Assembly (NCBI GenBank): GCA_019058295.1 | Contig: JAHPZI010000018.1 | Coordinates: 2,134-66,133 of the forward strand | DNA length: 64,000 nt | Reading direction: 5' to 3' | Source: Promethearchaeota archaeon | GTDB lineage: Archaea; Asgardarchaeota; Lokiarchaeia; Sigyniarchaeales; SOKP01 | Part shown: positions 37,663-47,139 of the stretch, in pieces | How the letters are laid out: each line of letters starts with the position of its first letter | How positions within the stretch are numbered: position 1 is the stretch's first letter | The notes under the pieces: model-generated | What the model was told of the DNA's origin: nothing | Seen by the model: only the letters and a program-made list of their open reading frames with translations | Database searches by the model: none | Made by a program: the position numbers and the translations under genes

Positions 37663-38346
37663 TCATTTTTTTCCCCCCTCCCGTATAAAATGTTTATTAA
37701 AATCAGCAAAATTATTAATTTTGGGATGGCAATAATGATTGATTAAACGAAAAATCAAAAAACTTTCAAAATCAGAATGATAACAGAATACTTTGAGATT
37801 ATTGTAGCGATTATTTAATATATACTTGGTTTTTCTATGCAAAATTCTGTTTTGAATAAAATTAATTCTATAAATTTTTCTTCTCAAATTGTCATTAAAA
37901 TTATGAATTCTCTCATTTAAGCTATAATCTCTTTTATTTCGATCTCCTTTATTCTTATTATCGAGATATTCTATCGATTCATCATTTAGTCCAAGAGAAC
38001 CCAAACTTATATAAAAAAATATTTTTGTATCTTCATTTAAGAATGCATTTTTAACATAATGATAAAAAGCCGTATCAATATAACAAATGATATTATAAAT
38101 TATGATGATGTCAATCAAATGACCGAGGCTAAACTGGATTGTGTGAGATTCGTGAGGCAAAAATCCTAATATATTGATGTAAGGTAAAATAGGAATGAAA
38201 ATTGACTTGCCAGAGGTAATATATTCAGTTAATAAAGAAGAAAAAACTGGAACATCTCTTAAAAACATGAAAATGAACAAGCTCGTGAGATAAGAAAAAA
38301 TAACGCTAAAGATCAAGACTATTTTCAAAATTTTAAGTTTATGCAC
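37663..38346 (-). CDS. Hypothetical membrane protein
   Basis: 227 aa, GTG start preceded by GAGAGAGGA. About 3 N-terminal TM segments, then a basic, Asn/Arg-rich C-terminal half. No family recognised. Confidence 0.35.
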   Translation of the reverse strand: MHKLKILKIVLIFSVIFSYLTSLFIFMFLRDVPVFSSLLTEYITSGKSIFIPILPYINILGFLPHESHTIQFSLGHLIDIIIIYNIICYIDTAFYHYVKNAFLNEDTKIFFYISLGSLGLNDESIEYLDNKNKGDRNKRDYSLNERIHNFNDNLRRKIYRINFIQNRILHRKTKYILNNRYNNLKVFCYHSDFESFLIFRLINHYCHPKINNFADFNKHFIREGGKK

Positions 38347-38474
38347 GTATTTAATCCTCTCTCTATCATTAATAATTGATTATAATCTTAGAGTTATTGA
38401 ATAATGAAAATACTGAAGCATTAGTTATAAATATAACTGTGATTAAATAATCAGATAATGCAATAATTAAATCC

Positions 38475-39965
38475 TTATTTATCTCTCTTTTTAGGATATT
38501 TCGAACTAGATGTTAGAAGCATAGGTGCAGTGCTTAAAAATAATAGCATGTTTGCATAACGAATAAAACCTCCAGAAAAATGTTTCTTATCATAGTTAAT
38601 TACATTATAAAAATAGGATGGTTTAGTTCGCTTGAAAATGTTAACAATCTGCGGAAAAGAATTAAATTTTAGTTTTATTTTAAATTTTTCAGGAGATTCA
38701 TGGGCAGGAGAACCAGGGAAAATATGATAAGGTTCACTCATAATTGTAATTGGTTTGAAATTGGAATTACCATATTTTAAAAGGCATTTAGTCGCAAAAT
38801 GAAAATCCTTAAGAATATCAAACCGATTTTGGAAAGGAAGACCGATAGTTAACCATATCCGTAATAATATTTGAGATAAATTTGCATTTTTTATTAAATC
38901 ATTAATTTGACTTTCTGGAAATTTAAATGTTGGATCACAAGTTTTAGCTATTTTTTGCTGAACTTTAGCTGATAATGTTCGAGGAGAAATACTGATTGAT
39001 GAATATCTACGAGCAAAAGTCTTCTCAAAGATTCTCCACATTTCTTTAGGAAAGGGTAGCCGCCATATCTCTAAATCTCCACTAATATCAATTTTTTCCT
39101 TTTGAATCAGCCCAAATAATTTTTTCCAATATTTTAAATTAGCAGGATATGTACCATGTCCGAAAAAGACACTTGGAACTTTATAATTGTCGAGAATATT
39201 GTGGAGATCTTCTATTATTTTTTCTGGACTTCTGAGAACGACCTCATTTCGACCCGTTAGTTTTTGCTGAGCTCTTTGACCTCCTCCACAAAAAGGACAA
39301 TTAAATGGACAGCCCCTTCCAATTGGAAGATTGAGAGAGATTCCCATAATCTTTCTGCTATACTCAAGATATTGTTTTGCATTATTTAGAAGTGATACAT
39401 TAATAAAATTCAAATCATCCAATGTTTTTGCTGTATAGGAAAGAGAATTAACTTTTATGTGTTTAGAGGTATCTCGATAAGATAAATTGGGAACAGAATC
39501 TAATGATTGATTTTTATTAATCTTTTGAACATATTTTAAAAATGGAACTTCCCCTTCGCCTCTAATTATACCGTCAATTTCTTTATAGTATTTTAATAGT
39601 TCACTATGGTAATATGAAGCACTAAAACCTCCAAGAATTACATTAGCATGGGGATTTACTTTTTTTACGATTCTAGCAACTTCAATAGCACCATTTGCAT
39701 TATGTATCCAATGTAAATCTATTCCACATACATCAAAATTAATATTTTTAAGAAAGTCGGCTAATGACCAATTACGATTTAGATATTGCTCTAATGGATA
39801 ATTTATAATTTTAACTCCAAAACCCCCTTTCTCAAGCAAATCGGCAATGCTAAAAACACCCATTGGAATGAATAAATATTCCCCTCGTTTAAATTTGGAT
39901 CTTTTATTATTAATAGGTTTTACTACTCTAGGTGGATGGATGAGTAAAACATCGTAGCTTTTCAA
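38475..39965 (-). CDS. Class B (B12-binding-domain) radical SAM enzyme
   Basis: 496 aa. B12-type N-terminal domain (PMGVFSIADLLEKGGFGVKIIN...CGIDLHW...ILGGFS...IRGEGE), then GRGCPFNCPFCGG (CxxxCxxC). Confidence 0.75.
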   Translation of the reverse strand: MKSYDVLLIHPPRVVKPINNKRSKFKRGEYLFIPMGVFSIADLLEKGGFGVKIINYPLEQYLNRNWSLADFLKNINFDVCGIDLHWIHNANGAIEVARIVKKVNPHANVILGGFSASYYHSELLKYYKEIDGIIRGEGEVPFLKYVQKINKNQSLDSVPNLSYRDTSKHIKVNSLSYTAKTLDDLNFINVSLLNNAKQYLEYSRKIMGISLNLPIGRGCPFNCPFCGGGQRAQQKLTGRNEVVLRSPEKIIEDLHNILDNYKVPSVFFGHGTYPANLKYWKKLFGLIQKEKIDISGDLEIWRLPFPKEMWRIFEKTFARRYSSISISPRTLSAKVQQKIAKTCDPTFKFPESQINDLIKNANLSQILLRIWLTIGLPFQNRFDILKDFHFATKCLLKYGNSNFKPITIMSEPYHIFPGSPAHESPEKFKIKLKFNSFPQIVNIFKRTKPSYFYNVINYDKKHFSGGFIRYANMLLFLSTAPMLLTSSSKYPKKRDK

Positions 39966-40103
39966 AATGCCAACCGAAATTATGATTAGAAATGAATGTT
40001 AATTAAATTAAGGTTTAAGATATAAATATTAAACTTTGTTACTTATTATTTTGGAAATGTAAATTTTCTATTAATATTAAAAATTAAAGTATCTAAAAAA
40101 CCA

Positions 40104-40123
40104 AAATTTAAATATTTAAATTT
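40104..40123. promoter_or_regulatory. 20-bp perfect A/T palindrome in the divergent intergenic region
   Basis: AAATTTAAATATTTAAATTT equals its own reverse complement. It lies ~30-40 nt upstream of the CDP-alcohol phosphatidyltransferase start and also has TATA-box-like composition. Confidence 0.3.
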
Positions 40124-40152
40124 CAATAGTTTAAATTACTAATTCAGAACTA

Positions 40153-41136
40153 TTGAATAAAATGAGTGATATGGCAAATATTTTAGAATATATGAATTTA
40201 GCAGATTTTTTATTTATTGTTGTATTTCCATCAGTTTTACTTTTACTACTTTTAATTATCTTTATAAGTGGATTATTTAAAGAAAAACCAAAGCATGAGC
40301 TTATGACATTGGATGAATTCATGATGGATTGGCTTAAAGATCACGGACAAGCTCACAAATTGGAAGAACAGTTTGCGAGAATGAAAAAAGATCCAGCAGG
40401 GAAAATTTATATGCCATTAACATATCATGGCGGAATAATTGCTATAAAATGTGGTTTAACTCCAAATAAGGTATCTTATATAAATCTAATTTTATCCTTT
40501 TTCATATTTTGGGCTGTAATAATGATTAGTAAAGGTCATACTCTAAATCTATTTTCTAAACAACCGTACTTTGGCTCTTGGTTTATTCCTCTTGCCTTTT
40601 TAGCCTTATTTACAGGAATTATTGATGGGATTGATGGAGCGATAGCTAGGATATTGGATATAAAGTCTAAAAGTGGTGCGTGGTTAGATAATGTGATTGA
40701 CAGAATTAGTGATATATTATTACTTGTTTGTTTCGTTCCAACTAGTTTTATGGTTGTTTCGATATTAGGATTTAAGTTTGATTTTACATGGATAGTTTGG
40801 ACGAATATTTTCCTAATTTTTCTCTATGAATACATGAGAGCGAGACATGAAGGGTTAGGTTTACATGAAACCAAACCAACTATAGGAGAAAGAATAACTA
40901 GATTTTTTGTAATCTTTATATTCTTTTTAATTTACGGTATTTCGAGCTTCTTTGTATTATTAACAAATTGGATTAATCCCAATGCTACGAAGATATGGAC
41001 TGATTCGCACATTGGCACAATTACTTGGAATATGCTAATTTATCAGATAACTCTATTTTTGATTATGATCTTCTCATTGATTAAATTAGGGAGTTATAGT
41101 TTTAAAAACCTGAAGAAATTGGATAGTGGAGATTAA
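40153..41136 (+). CDS. CDP-alcohol phosphatidyltransferase-family membrane enzyme
   Basis: Complete signature D-x2-DG-x2-AR-x8-G-x3-D-x3-D in IIDGIDGAIARILDIKSKSGAWLDNVIDRISD. Multiple TM segments. The true start may be the ATG at 40162 rather than the TTG at 40153. Confidence 0.85.
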   Translation: MNKMSDMANILEYMNLADFLFIVVFPSVLLLLLLIIFISGLFKEKPKHELMTLDEFMMDWLKDHGQAHKLEEQFARMKKDPAGKIYMPLTYHGGIIAIKCGLTPNKVSYINLILSFFIFWAVIMISKGHTLNLFSKQPYFGSWFIPLAFLALFTGIIDGIDGAIARILDIKSKSGAWLDNVIDRISDILLLVCFVPTSFMVVSILGFKFDFTWIVWTNIFLIFLYEYMRARHEGLGLHETKPTIGERITRFFVIFIFFLIYGISSFFVLLTNWINPNATKIWTDSHIGTITWNMLIYQITLFLIMIFSLIKLGSYSFKNLKKLDSGD

Positions 41137-41239
41137 AAAATAAAAAAAGAGGTTATGAAATATCAATTTCAAAGGTTTTATATACTTAGTTGTACTGGTA
41201 ATCTTTTTTGTTCTATTACATATTTATTTTCCCCCTTAT

Positions 41240-42511
41240 TTGTCATCTGGAACTAAAGAAGCAATAGATACATTCATTGCCGACCCTTTGACTTATTGGT
41301 GGTTTGTATTTCCATTATTTGGATTAATCATGTGGTTAGTATTGATTATATATTATGGAAAATATTTCTTAGCATCATTTGGTCGTGGTTATCGAACCAA
41401 AACACCTTATTATCCAAAAATAAGTATAATGATCGCTTCTAAAAATGAAAGAAAATTATTAGAAAGAACATTAAATTCGATTGTTAAAACAGACTATCCA
41501 AAAGAGAATATCCAAATAATTATAATAACAAGTGGATCAACAGACGATACAACAGAATTTAGTCAAAATTTTGCAAAAGAGCATCATACAATAGATATAG
41601 AAGTGTTATCAGAGAATTTACCTAAAAAAGGAAAGCCTCCAGCTATGAATTACGGTCTAAAATATGTAAAAAATGATATTATTGTCCTTTATGATTCAGG
41701 TTGTATTTTACAAATAGATACATTGAGAAATTTATTATCCCCTTTTCAAAAGAATAAAATTAATGCTGTTATTGGACCTGTTTTAGTTGAAAATTGGAAG
41801 ACTAATACATTGACTAGAGCTATTTACCTTGATTATGCTTTTTTATCTGGTGGTGGATTATTATTTGAATCTAAAAATAGATTAGGTAAATCAGCTTTTT
41901 CATATGGAAGAAATTTTGCTGTTAGGACGAAATACCTTAAGAAATATGGAGGTTTTAATGAAGATTCATGCACAGAAGATCTTTATCTTTCTGTGCTTTT
42001 AAATATGGATGGAATAAAAATTTACTTTTCACCTAAAGCAAAAGTTTATGAATATGTACCTACTACTTGGGAGATCTTAACAAAACAACGAGAACGATGG
42101 CTCGCAGGATATATCTTTGATATGCCACAATTAATGGCAATGGAAGGAGAAAAAAAGAATGGGAAATCGATAATTATTTCAAGAAATATGACAATGACAT
42201 TCATAGGGAATATGGATTCGTGGATGCCCATATTTATTGGATTAGCAATACTCTTTTTCTTAATTGGAGAGTTTTATCTCTTAAGTTGGACCCTCGCTTG
42301 TTTATTTTTTCAATTTGGATTTTTGTTCAATTCAGTACGTAAGTATGGAGATTGGCATATGAGCATTTTGTTTTTATGGCCATTATCGGGTTATATACAT
42401 CTTTATATGTTTCTACATCAGTTCCATTTACCAAGAGAAATAAGTTGGGAAAAAACTCCAATGTTATTAGAAAAACAAGAGGAAGAAATAGAAGCTTTAT
42501 CTGCTAAATAA
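41240..42511 (+). CDS. Family-2 glycosyltransferase, processive-type (QxxRW) with flanking TM segments
   Basis: 423 aa, TTG start. ISIMIASKNE...DYP...IIIITSGSTDDT, YDSG and TEDLY blocks, QRERW (Q-x-x-R-W) motif. One N-terminal and several C-terminal TM segments. Confidence 0.75.
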   Translation: MSSGTKEAIDTFIADPLTYWWFVFPLFGLIMWLVLIIYYGKYFLASFGRGYRTKTPYYPKISIMIASKNERKLLERTLNSIVKTDYPKENIQIIIITSGSTDDTTEFSQNFAKEHHTIDIEVLSENLPKKGKPPAMNYGLKYVKNDIIVLYDSGCILQIDTLRNLLSPFQKNKINAVIGPVLVENWKTNTLTRAIYLDYAFLSGGGLLFESKNRLGKSAFSYGRNFAVRTKYLKKYGGFNEDSCTEDLYLSVLLNMDGIKIYFSPKAKVYEYVPTTWEILTKQRERWLAGYIFDMPQLMAMEGEKKNGKSIIISRNMTMTFIGNMDSWMPIFIGLAILFFLIGEFYLLSWTLACLFFQFGFLFNSVRKYGDWHMSILFLWPLSGYIHLYMFLHQFHLPREISWEKTPMLLEKQEEEIEALSAK

Positions 42512-42644
42512 CTTTGTATAAACACTAATCAATTTTATTTATATGAAATTAAGGTCTCTCTTTAACTATTATCTCTCTATTATATTTTAATAAGATTAAA
42601 AATAAAAAAATAACTACTAAGGTTAATTAAGGAGTATTTTTTTA

Positions 42645-44090
42645 ATGAAAATCAATCTTATTAATCCCGCACCTTCAAAAATAAAAGATGGCCAAACCGA
42701 AACATTGTTTTATGCTTCTGCTCCTCCATTAGGATTAATGTACCTTGCCACATATTTGAAAGATGCAGGTCATAAAATTTCTATTTTAGATCAAGCAGCT
42801 GTTAATTATGAAAATAGAGATGTTATTAATTGGGTTAAAAAGAGAAATCCAGATGTAGTAGGTTTTTCAATTTTATGCGCTTCCGTAGAGAATGCAAAAT
42901 TAATATCTAAAGCATTAAAAACCCTAAATCCGAATCTAAAAATCATTTTTGGGAATTATCTTGCTACATTCTATGCAAGAAAAATCTTAGAACATTATGA
43001 TTGGGTGGATATATGTGTGAGAGGGGATGGTGAAATAACTTTCTCAGAGCTTATTGAAAAAATAGAATTGAATAAAGATCTTAATGATGTCGATGGAATA
43101 ACATACAAACGTAATGGTAAAATTAAAGAGAATAAGAATCGACAGCTATTAAAAAATCTTGATACATTACCATTTCCTGACCAAAAATTGATTCCAAATG
43201 TATATAAGAATCGAATCGGTGGAATTGATGTTTCACCGCGAAAATTTACTACGATGGTTACTTCTCGAGGATGCCCTTTTGGATGCAATTTCTGCGCATG
43301 CACAGCATTCTCTCAAGGGCTATGGAGGACTCGATCAGTAAATAATATATTTGAAGAGATTTGTGAATTAGCTAATCAAGGTTTTCAAGAAATCCTTTTT
43401 GTTGATGATAATTTTACATTAAATACGAAAAGAATTATTAAGTTATGTGATAAAATTAGGAAAGAAAAATTGGATATGGTATTTGTATGTGATGGAAGAG
43501 TAAACAAGAGCTCTATTGGTTTATTAAGAACCATGAAAAAAGCAAAATTTGAAATCTTAATGCTTGGATTAGAAAGTAGTTCTCAAAGAATGTTAGATTT
43601 TTATAATAAAAAAATAACACCACAGATGAGTGAAACTGCTGTGAACAATGCCCGTAAAGCGGGTTTCAAGATGATTGTTGGTTCGTTTATGATTGGTGGA
43701 TTCGATGAAACCTATACTGAGGCAATTAATACTCTTAAATTTATTTCAAAACTTGATATTGATTTTCCTCATATAATTTTTACTCGTGCATTACCTGGAA
43801 CTAAACTTTTCAATAATTTAATTCAAAATAATGTTATAGATGAAGATAAATATTGGGAAAGAGGTGTAGATCTTATTGATTTACCTGGTGCGAAAATGAA
43901 ACGCGAGATAATCTATCAAATAATAAAGGAACAATTCCATAAAAATTTCTTAAGACGAAAATATTTGATTAAAGCTTTTATACGAACAATAATGAGCAAA
44001 TACAGACAAGATATGATTTTAAGTCATCTTAATTTTCATGATATAGATAAATTTGTAAAGTTAATCAATAATCCCCCTGATTTATTTTAG
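42645..44090 (+). CDS. Class B (B12-binding-domain) radical SAM enzyme
   Basis: 481 aa. PPLGLMYLATYLKDAGHKISILD...VVGFSI...VRGDGE, then SRGCPFGCNFCAC. Confidence 0.85.
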   Translation: MKINLINPAPSKIKDGQTETLFYASAPPLGLMYLATYLKDAGHKISILDQAAVNYENRDVINWVKKRNPDVVGFSILCASVENAKLISKALKTLNPNLKIIFGNYLATFYARKILEHYDWVDICVRGDGEITFSELIEKIELNKDLNDVDGITYKRNGKIKENKNRQLLKNLDTLPFPDQKLIPNVYKNRIGGIDVSPRKFTTMVTSRGCPFGCNFCACTAFSQGLWRTRSVNNIFEEICELANQGFQEILFVDDNFTLNTKRIIKLCDKIRKEKLDMVFVCDGRVNKSSIGLLRTMKKAKFEILMLGLESSSQRMLDFYNKKITPQMSETAVNNARKAGFKMIVGSFMIGGFDETYTEAINTLKFISKLDIDFPHIIFTRALPGTKLFNNLIQNNVIDEDKYWERGVDLIDLPGAKMKREIIYQIIKEQFHKNFLRRKYLIKAFIRTIMSKYRQDMILSHLNFHDIDKFVKLINNPPDLF

Positions 44091-44118
44091 TGATAAATTA
44101 AAAATGTGAGATATAAAT

Positions 44119-45624
44119 TTGAAAATTGCGTTAATAAATCCAAGTTTAGAAACAAAAATTTATTCCCCGTGGCCTCCATTAGGAATATTATATTTAGGAA
44201 CAATATTGAAAGAGAATGGGTTTACAGTTAAATTATTGGATGCGGCAGCTAAATTTTATGGAAAAAATGAAGTTTTAAATTGGTTAAAACATGTAAAACC
44301 TGATATAGTAGGTATTTCTGTCTTTACAATAGCATTTCTTCCAGCAATAAATCTCATTAAAGTAATCAAAAACTGGAATCCTTCCATAAAAATCGTAATA
44401 GGGCATTATCATCCCACTATGGAGGCAGAAAACATACTTCGTAAGTATGGAGATTATGTTGATTATTGCGTAAGAGGAGAAGGAGAGTATACTCTCTTAG
44501 AACTATGTGAATTTTTAGATAAGAATGACAATAAATTACCAAATGATATCAAAGGTCTCGCATTTCGAGATTCTAATAAGAAAATTGTTTTAACTCCTGA
44601 AGCTCCTTTAATAATAGATTTGGACTCGCTTCCGTTTCCTGATAGAAGATTGCTTGATTTTGAATATAAATGGAATTTCTCAGGATTTGAGTTCTCGAAA
44701 TCAAAATTAACTTCGCTAGTGTCGTCTCGAGGGTGTCCATTTAATTGTTCATATTGTGCATGTACTAAATTTGCGAAACGTCGATTTAGACCAAGAAGTC
44801 CTGAGAATATTATAAATGAGATGCTTCTAATTCAAAATCATGGGTATACACAATTAAATTTTGTCGATGATAATTTTACATTACAACCGAAAAGAACCAT
44901 AGAAATATGTCGACTAATGAAAAAAGAGAAGATTGATATCAATTGGCATACAGATGGACGAGTTGACCAAACGTCCCAAGAGATGCTGAATCTGATGAAA
45001 AAAGCTGGATGTAAATCGATATGGTTTGGATTTGAAAGTGCAAATCAGAGAATTCTGAATATATATAATAAGAGAACAAAAGTGTCTCAATTCTATGAAG
45101 CGATTCGTAAAACACGGAAAGCAAATATAGAACTTATTGTTGGATTATTTATGCTCGGTGCACCGACAGAAACGTTAGATGAAGTGAAAAGGACTATAGA
45201 ATTTGCAGTTAAATCTGATATCGATGTGCCATTTTTTAATGTTGTAGAGATTTTTTCAGGAACAAAATTTTGGGATGATTACAATTCAAATGGAAACATC
45301 AATCAATATGATAAAGTAAAAGCTCTCGTAGGTGAGGAAATCTATGAAGTTGAGCGATGGGAGACAACAACTAGAGTAATGGACTTTTTATTATCCCCAG
45401 AAGAACGAGAACAAATGTTAAATGAAATTCAAACTGCATACCAAACATTTTTCTCTTTTGAGCGCAAGATGATATTTATGTGGAAGATGCTCTATCGTAC
45501 AGTAAGAAGTAGATTCATGCTAAATATGGCATACAATATTATGAGAAACTTTAAAGGGGCTTTGGGAGCAATATCTGCATTTAGGAATTCTAAACCTCGA
45601 GGTTTTGGTACCTACGATGAGTAA
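44119..45624 (+). CDS. Class B (B12-binding-domain) radical SAM enzyme
   Basis: 501 aa, TTG start where the paralogs have ATG. PPLGILYLGTILKENGFTVKLLD...VRGEGE, then SRGCPFNCSYCAC. Closest paralog is 51872..53350. Confidence 0.85.
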   Translation: MKIALINPSLETKIYSPWPPLGILYLGTILKENGFTVKLLDAAAKFYGKNEVLNWLKHVKPDIVGISVFTIAFLPAINLIKVIKNWNPSIKIVIGHYHPTMEAENILRKYGDYVDYCVRGEGEYTLLELCEFLDKNDNKLPNDIKGLAFRDSNKKIVLTPEAPLIIDLDSLPFPDRRLLDFEYKWNFSGFEFSKSKLTSLVSSRGCPFNCSYCACTKFAKRRFRPRSPENIINEMLLIQNHGYTQLNFVDDNFTLQPKRTIEICRLMKKEKIDINWHTDGRVDQTSQEMLNLMKKAGCKSIWFGFESANQRILNIYNKRTKVSQFYEAIRKTRKANIELIVGLFMLGAPTETLDEVKRTIEFAVKSDIDVPFFNVVEIFSGTKFWDDYNSNGNINQYDKVKALVGEEIYEVERWETTTRVMDFLLSPEEREQMLNEIQTAYQTFFSFERKMIFMWKMLYRTVRSRFMLNMAYNIMRNFKGALGAISAFRNSKPRGFGTYDE

Positions 45625-45644
45625 TTAGATGGGGGATCTTTATT

Positions 45645-47084
45645 ATGAAAATTGCGCTAATTTTTCCGGTTCCGATGGACTTAAAACGAGAAGACCCTCG
45701 TCCCATGTTTTCATCATTTGCGGAACCCTTGGGACTATTATATATCGCAGGAGTCTTAATAGATGGGGGATATGATGTATCGATATTAGATCATGGTGCA
45801 ACAGATTATACATTCGATGATGTATTAAATTGGATAAAAAAACAGAATCCTGATGTCCTTGGTATTTCAGTTTTAACCCGATCTTTTCAATCGGGAATAA
45901 GAATAGCGAAATTAGCAAAAGAGTGGAACCCAAACCTAACCATAATTTTAGGTAATTATCAAACTGTCTGCGCTGAAAGGATATTACAGAAGTATAACTT
46001 CATAGATTTGTGTGTCCGTGGTGAAGGTGAATACACTATGTTAGAGCTACTACCATTGATTCAAAAAAATAACACCAACTATGAGAATATTAAAGGAATA
46101 TATTATAGAAAAAACGGAATTGTCAAATCAACTCCGCCTCGTGAACTAGAAAAAAATCTAGATAAATTCCCAATTCCCAATCGTACATTAATTGAAGGAG
46201 TAAAATATAAAATGTCTATGGGAGGATTAGAGCTTTCTAAAGAGAAATCGGCAACTATTATGATGAGCCGGGGATGTCCTTATCAATGTAGATTCTGTTC
46301 AGTTAATCATGAGAGTTGGAGGCATAGATCAGCTCACAATATAATTCAAGAGCTACATCTTATGGAATCTCAAGGGTATCGAGAAATCATGATTATGGAT
46401 GATAACTTTACAATAAATCCTAAATGGGTAATTGAGATATGCAAAAATATTATGAAAGAAAAAATCGATTTAGTATTTCATTGTGAAGCTAGAATTGAAG
46501 GAACAAAAGAAATGTATGAATATATGAACAGAGCTAATGTTAAAACTATTTTTTATGGTATGGAAAGCGGTAGTCAACGAGTTTTGGATTATTACAAAAA
46601 AAATATTACCCCTGCTCAGTGTAAGTTGGCTTTAAAAAAAGCAAGAAAAGCGGGAATTGATATGTTATTCGCTTCTTTTATTGTTGGTGCCCCAATCGAA
46701 ACAATCAATGATATACAAAAAACAACAAATTTAGCTTTGAGTCTGGACATTGATTATGCGATGTTTCATGTGTTTGAAGTATTTCCAGGTATTAAAATCT
46801 GGGATGAATTAGTAGAACAAAATAAGGTTGATGAAAATAAATATTGGGAATCTGGTGTTCGAGTAGCTGAACTTCCGTTTTATAATATCAATCTTGATGT
46901 TTTAATAGAAACAATAAGAAGAACTTATAAAAAATTTTATTCATTAGCAAGACCAAAATTCATTTTCAAGCAATTTTTAAGGTCAATAAAAAGTAATTAT
47001 CGTCGTGATAAATTAAAAAATCTAGGAAAAGATTTTCATTCATCGTTAAAGATGTTGGAGTCATTAAGTGAAAAAAGATTCTGA
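45645..47084 (+). CDS. Class B (B12-binding-domain) radical SAM enzyme
   Basis: 479 aa. EPLGLLYIAGVLIDGGYDVSILD...VRGEGE, then SRGCPYQCRFCSV. Ends in TGA. Confidence 0.85.
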   Translation: MKIALIFPVPMDLKREDPRPMFSSFAEPLGLLYIAGVLIDGGYDVSILDHGATDYTFDDVLNWIKKQNPDVLGISVLTRSFQSGIRIAKLAKEWNPNLTIILGNYQTVCAERILQKYNFIDLCVRGEGEYTMLELLPLIQKNNTNYENIKGIYYRKNGIVKSTPPRELEKNLDKFPIPNRTLIEGVKYKMSMGGLELSKEKSATIMMSRGCPYQCRFCSVNHESWRHRSAHNIIQELHLMESQGYREIMIMDDNFTINPKWVIEICKNIMKEKIDLVFHCEARIEGTKEMYEYMNRANVKTIFYGMESGSQRVLDYYKKNITPAQCKLALKKARKAGIDMLFASFIVGAPIETINDIQKTTNLALSLDIDYAMFHVFEVFPGIKIWDELVEQNKVDENKYWESGVRVAELPFYNINLDVLIETIRRTYKKFYSLARPKFIFKQFLRSIKSNYRRDKLKNLGKDFHSSLKMLESLSEKRF

Positions 47085-47139
47085 ATACGATTATTCTAAA
47101 AAATTTATTAAATTTGAAAATAAGAGATACTAATTAAAA

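Noticed and set aside
41155-41256. 33-codon hydrophobic ORF (MKYQFQRFYILSCTGNLFCSITYLFSPLFVIWN) preceded by GAGGT. It overlaps the TTG start of the GT2 gene in another frame.
   Set aside because: It could be a leader peptide, or the true N-terminus displaced by an indel in the T4/C5 run at ~41227-41235. From sequence alone I cannot tell which. The GT2 ORF already has a plausible TTG start and an N-terminal TM segment.
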